A stretch of DNA of 64,000 nt, taken from Mobula hypostoma. Lineage: Eukaryota. A model generated the notes under the pieces. The model did not search any database. It saw only the letters and a list, made by a program, of their open reading frames with translations, and was not told the origin of the DNA. The position numbers and the translations under genes were made by a program. The stretch spans positions 186,001 through 250,000 of the forward strand of contig NC_086097.1 in NCBI RefSeq assembly GCF_963921235.1, given 5' to 3'. Below are positions 59,931 to 64,000 of the stretch, in pieces. Position 1 is the stretch's first letter. Each line of letters begins with the position of its first letter.

Positions 59931-61498
59931 ACATAGAAAATAGGTGCAGGAGTAAGCCATTCGGCCCTTCGAGCCTGCACCACCATTCAGTATGATCATC
60001 CAACTCAGTACCCTGTACCTGCCTTCTCTCCATACCCCTTGATCCCTTTAGCCACAAGGGCCATACCTAACTCCCTCTTAAATATAGCCAATGAACTGGC
60101 CTCAACTGTTTCCACAGATTCACCACTCTCTGTGTGAAGAAGTTTTTCCTCATTTTGGTCCTAAAAGGCTTCCCCTTTATCCGTAAACTGTGACCCCTCG
60201 TTCTGGACTTCTCCAACATCAGGAACAACCTTCCTGCATCTCGCCTGTCCAATCCCTTTAGAATTTTATAAGTTTCAATAAGATCCCCCCTCAATCTTCT
60301 AAATTCCAGAGAGTATAAGCCTAGTCAATCTAGTCTTTCATCATATGAAAGTCCTGCCATCCCAGGAATCAATCTGGTGAACCTTCTTTGTGGCAAGAAT
60401 GTTTTTCCTCAGATTAGGGGACCAAAACTGCACACAATGCTCCAGGTGTGGTCTCACCAAGGCCTTGTACAACTGCAGTAGAACCTCCCTGCTCCTGTAC
60501 TCGAATCCTCTTGCTATGAATGCCAGCATACCATTTGCCTTTTTCACCGCCTGCTGTACCTGCATGCCCACTTTCAATGACTGGTGTACAATGACACCCA
60601 GGACTCGTTGCACCTCCCCTTTTCCTAATTGGCCACCATTCAGATAATCTGTTCTCGTGTTCTTGCCCCCAAAGTGGATAACCTCACATTTATCCACATT
60701 AAATTGCATCTGCCATGAATTTACCCACTCACCTAACCTATCCAAGTCACCCTGCATCCTCTTAGCATCCTCCTCACAGCTAACACTGCCGCCCAGCTTC
60801 GTCTCATCCGCAAACTTGGAGATGCTGCATTTAATTCCCTGATCTAAGTTATTAATATATATTGTAAACAACTGGGGTCCCAGCACTGAGGCTTGCGGTA
60901 CCCCACTACTCACTGCCTGCCATTCTGAAAAGGTCCCGTTTATTCCCACTCTTTGCTTCCTGTCAATTCTCTGTCCACATCAATACCATACCTCCAATAT
61001 CGTGTGCTTTAAGTTTGCACACTAACTCCTGTGTGGGACCTTGTCAAAAGCCTTTTGAAAATCCAAATATACCACATCCACTGGTTCTCCCCTATCCACT
61101 CTACTAGTTACATCCTCAAAAAATTCTATGAGATTCATCAGACGTGATTTTCCTTTCACAAATCCATGCTGACATTGTTCCATGATTTCACCACTTTCCA
61201 AATGTGCTGTTATCACACCTTTGATAACTGGCTCTCGCATTTTCCCCACCACCGATGTCAGGCTAACTGGTCTATAATTCCCTGGTTTCTCTCTCCCTCC
61301 TTTTTTAAAAAGCGGAGTTACATTAGCCACCCTCCAATCCTCAGGAACTAGTCCAGAATCTAAAGAGTTTTGAAAAATTAGCACTAATGCGTCCACTATT
61401 TTCTGGGCTACTTCCTTAAGCACTCTGGGATGCAGACCATCTGGCCCTGGGGATTTATCTGCCTTTAATCCCTTCAATTTACCGAACACCACTTCCCT

Positions 61499-62122
61499 AT
61501 TATGATTATGAAGGCACATAGTCCTCTTTTATTGTCATTTAGTAATGCATGCATTAAGAAATGATACATTATTTCCTCCGGTGTGATATCACAAAACACA
61601 GGACAAACCAAGACTGAAAAAACTGCCAAAACCACATAATTATAACATATAGTTACAAACAGTGTAACAATACCATAACTTGATGAAGAAGTCCGTGAGC
61701 GCAGTAAAGTTCAAAGTTTCTCAAATGTCCCACATCTCATGCAGACGGGAGAAGGAAGAAAAAATCTCCCTACCATGCCGACCACAATCCGACTCTTGAG
61801 TCATTCGAAAACTTCGAGCTCTGATCAGCTCTCCGACACCGAGTACTGAGCATCATCTCTGTCTGAACGATTCGACCTCCTTCTCGGTCGCCAAAAGCAG
61901 GCAAGGCCGGGGATTTTGAGGCCTACCCTCCGAGAGATTCCCGACCACACAGTAACGACAGCAGCGAACGGGCGTTTCAGAAATTTCTCCAGATGTTCCT
62001 CTGTGCTTTCATGTCCAATTTCCATGAAATCAGAATTGTCCACGGCCCTTATTTAACAGATACGATATCATTTTTCACCGGAGGGCTGCGCACACGCAGG
62101 CGCGCCGCTGCCTTCTCCTCCC
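61499..62122 (-). mobile_element. Non-autonomous ~0.62 kb retroelement (related to 100-770)
   Basis: Cleanly interrupts CR1 at cacttccct|actaacat; short-repeat tail CATAATCATAAT. Confidence 0.8.
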
Positions 62123-62235
62123 ACTAACATGTATTTCCCTCAGTTCCTCCATCTCACTGGACCCTCGGTCCCCTACTATTTCCGGAAGATTATTTATGTC
62201 CTCCTTAGTGAAGACAGAACCAAAGTAGTTATTCA

Positions 62236-63029
62236 TTCAGGCCCACCATTCAGGGCCCCAAACCGTCCTTCCAGGTGAGGCATCACTTCACCTGTGAGTC
62301 GACTGGGGTGATATGCTGCGTCCGGTGCTCCCGATGTGGCCTTTTGTATGTTGGTGGGACCTGACGCAGACTGGGAGACCGCTTTGCTGGGCATCTGTGT
62401 TCTGTCCACCAGAGAGGGCAGGATCTCCCAGTGGCCACACATTTTGGTTCCACATCCCATTCCCATTCTGACATGTCTGTCCACGGCCTCCTCTACTGTA
62501 GAGATGAAGCCACACTCAGGTTGGAGGAACAACACCTTATATTCCGTATGGGTAGCCTCCAACCTGATGGCATGAACATTGACTTCTCTGGCTTCCGCTG
62601 GGCCCCACCTCCCCCTCGTACCCCATCTGTTACTCTTTTTTATGCACACATTCTTTCTCTCACCCTCCTTTTTCTCCCTCTGTCCCTCTGAGTATACCTC
62701 TTGCCCATCCTCTGGGTCACCCCCCCCCCGTCTTTCTTCCCGGACCTCCTGTCCCATGATCCTCTCGTATCCCCTTCTGCCTATCACCTGTCCAGCTCTC
62801 GGCTCCATCCCTCCCCCTCCTGTCTTCTCCTATCATTTTGCATCTCCCCCTCCCCCTCCAGCTTTCAAATCCCTTACTCACTCTTCCTTCAGTTAGTCCT
62901 GACGAAGGGTCTCGGCCTGAAACGTCGACTGTGCCTCTTCCTATAGATGCTGCCTGGTCTGCTGCGTTCACCAGCAACTTTGATGTGTGTTGCTTGAATT
63001 TCCAGCATCTGCAGAATTCCTGTTGTTTG
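62236..63029 (+). mobile_element. Penelope-like 3' portion (GIY-YIG endonuclease and terminal repeat)
   Basis: Encodes IQGPKPSFQVRHHFTCESTGVICCVRCSRCGLLYVGGT; 15-bp TSD CAAAGTAGTTATTCA (62221-35, 63030-44). Confidence 0.93.
62895..62930 (+). ncRNA. Minimal type I hammerhead ribozyme motif (Penelope-type)
   Basis: AGTC-CTGACGA-AGGGTCTCGGCCT-GAAAC-GTC-GACT: stem I AGTC/GACT, intact CUGAnGA and GAAA, loopless palindromic stem III (ACGT), predicted cleavage after 62926. Confidence 0.8.
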
Positions 63030-63384
63030 CAAAGTAGTTATTCAATTGGTCTACCATGTCCTTGTTCCCCATGATCAATTCACCTGTTTCTGACTGTAAG
63101 GGACCTACATTTGTCTTAACCAATCTTTTTCTTTTCACATATCTATAAAAGTTTTTACAATCAGTTTTTATGTACCCTGCCAGCTTTCTCTCATAATCTT
63201 TTTTCCCTTTCCTAATTAAGCCCTTTGTCCTCCTCTGCTGGACTCTGAATTTCTCCCCATGCTCAGGTGTGCCGCTTTTTCTGGCTAATTTGTATGTTTC
63301 TTCTTTGGAATTGATACTGTCCCTAATTTCCCTTGTCAGCCACGGTTTCATAGGAATGCTCTACCTTCGGATAGCGGGGGATAC

Positions 63385-64000
63385 CTGTATAGGACCCTGG
63401 TCAGACCCCACTTGGAGTACTGCGCTCAGTACTGGTTACCTCACTACAGGAAGGATGTGGAAGCCATAGAAAGGGTGCAGAGGAGATTTACAAGGATGTT
63501 GCCTGGATTGGGGAGCATGCCTTATGAGAATAGGTTAAGTGGACTTGGCCTTTTCTCCTTGGAGCGACGGAGGATGAGAGGTGACCGAATAGAGGTATAT
63601 AAGATGATGAGAGGCATTGATCGTGTGGATAGTCAGAGGTTTTTCGCCAGGGCTGAAATGGCACAGTTTTAACGAGTTAGTGAGTCTTGACGAAGGGTCT
63701 CGGCCTGAAACGTCGACTGTACCTCTTCCTAGAGATGCTGCCTGGCCTGCTGCGTTCACCAGTAACTTTGATGTGTGTGGCACAGTTTTAAGGTGCTTGG
63801 AAGTAGGTACAGAGGAGATGTCAGAGGTAAGTTTTTACGCAGAAAGTGGTGAGTGTGTGGAATGGGCTGCCGACGATGGTAGTGGAGGCATATACGGTAG
63901 CGTCTTTTAAGAGTCTCTTAAATAGGTACATGGTGCTTAGAAATATAGAGGGCTATGGGTAACCCTAGGTAATTTCTAAAGAAAGTACATGTTTGCCACA
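63385..64000 (+). mobile_element. CR1 family C 3' fragment running off the window
   Basis: HLEYCAQYW and RRFTRMLPGL motifs. Confidence 0.9.
63673..63777 (+). mobile_element. 105-bp Penelope-like mini insertion with hammerhead variant
   Basis: 14-bp TSD TGGCACAGTTTTAA (63659-72, 63778-91); core AGTC-TTGACGA...GAAAC-GTC-GACT. Confidence 0.88.

Larger units (their letters stand above)
59931..63345 (-). mobile_element. CR1 family A, interrupted at 61499-62122 and 62236-63029
   Basis: Near-identical to 21347-23380 once the inserts are removed. Confidence 0.93.

Overview
This is vertebrate genomic DNA, most likely from a cartilaginous fish (inferred from the HER1-like CR1, V-SINE and Penelope repeat landscape). 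About 90% (estimated by eye) is nested, decayed transposable elements: many CR1 LINEs with esterase-type ORF1, Penelope-like elements carrying minimal hammerhead ribozymes, Rex1/Babar LINEs and non-autonomous derivatives, one Hero-like RLE retrotransposon, one Tc1, one hAT, solo LTRs and a Tigger-like fragment. Two host genes run divergently, each with its own CpG island. A nesprin-3 (SYNE3)-like gene is on the minus strand (coding exons 31001-30855 and 17933-17761), and POMT2 exon 1 is on the plus strand (58118-58338). The main observations are: (1) a Hero-like element flanked by a 113-bp target-site duplication; (2) three palindromic Penelope mini-insertions that fold back at the hammerhead motif, with 13-15 bp TSDs; (3) two co-oriented hammerheads in POMT2 intron 1; (4) a retroelement tail that may supply the branch point of the first SYNE3 coding exon; (5) a perfect 22-bp hairpin in SYNE3 intron 1; (6) one ORF1 module shared by divergent CR1 ORF2 lineages; (7) SYNE3 rather than GSTZ1 lying head-to-head with POMT2. 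Repeat boundaries are read by eye and are approximate unless a TSD or TIR is quoted. Family and gene assignments come from motif recognition and recalled sequences, not database searches.
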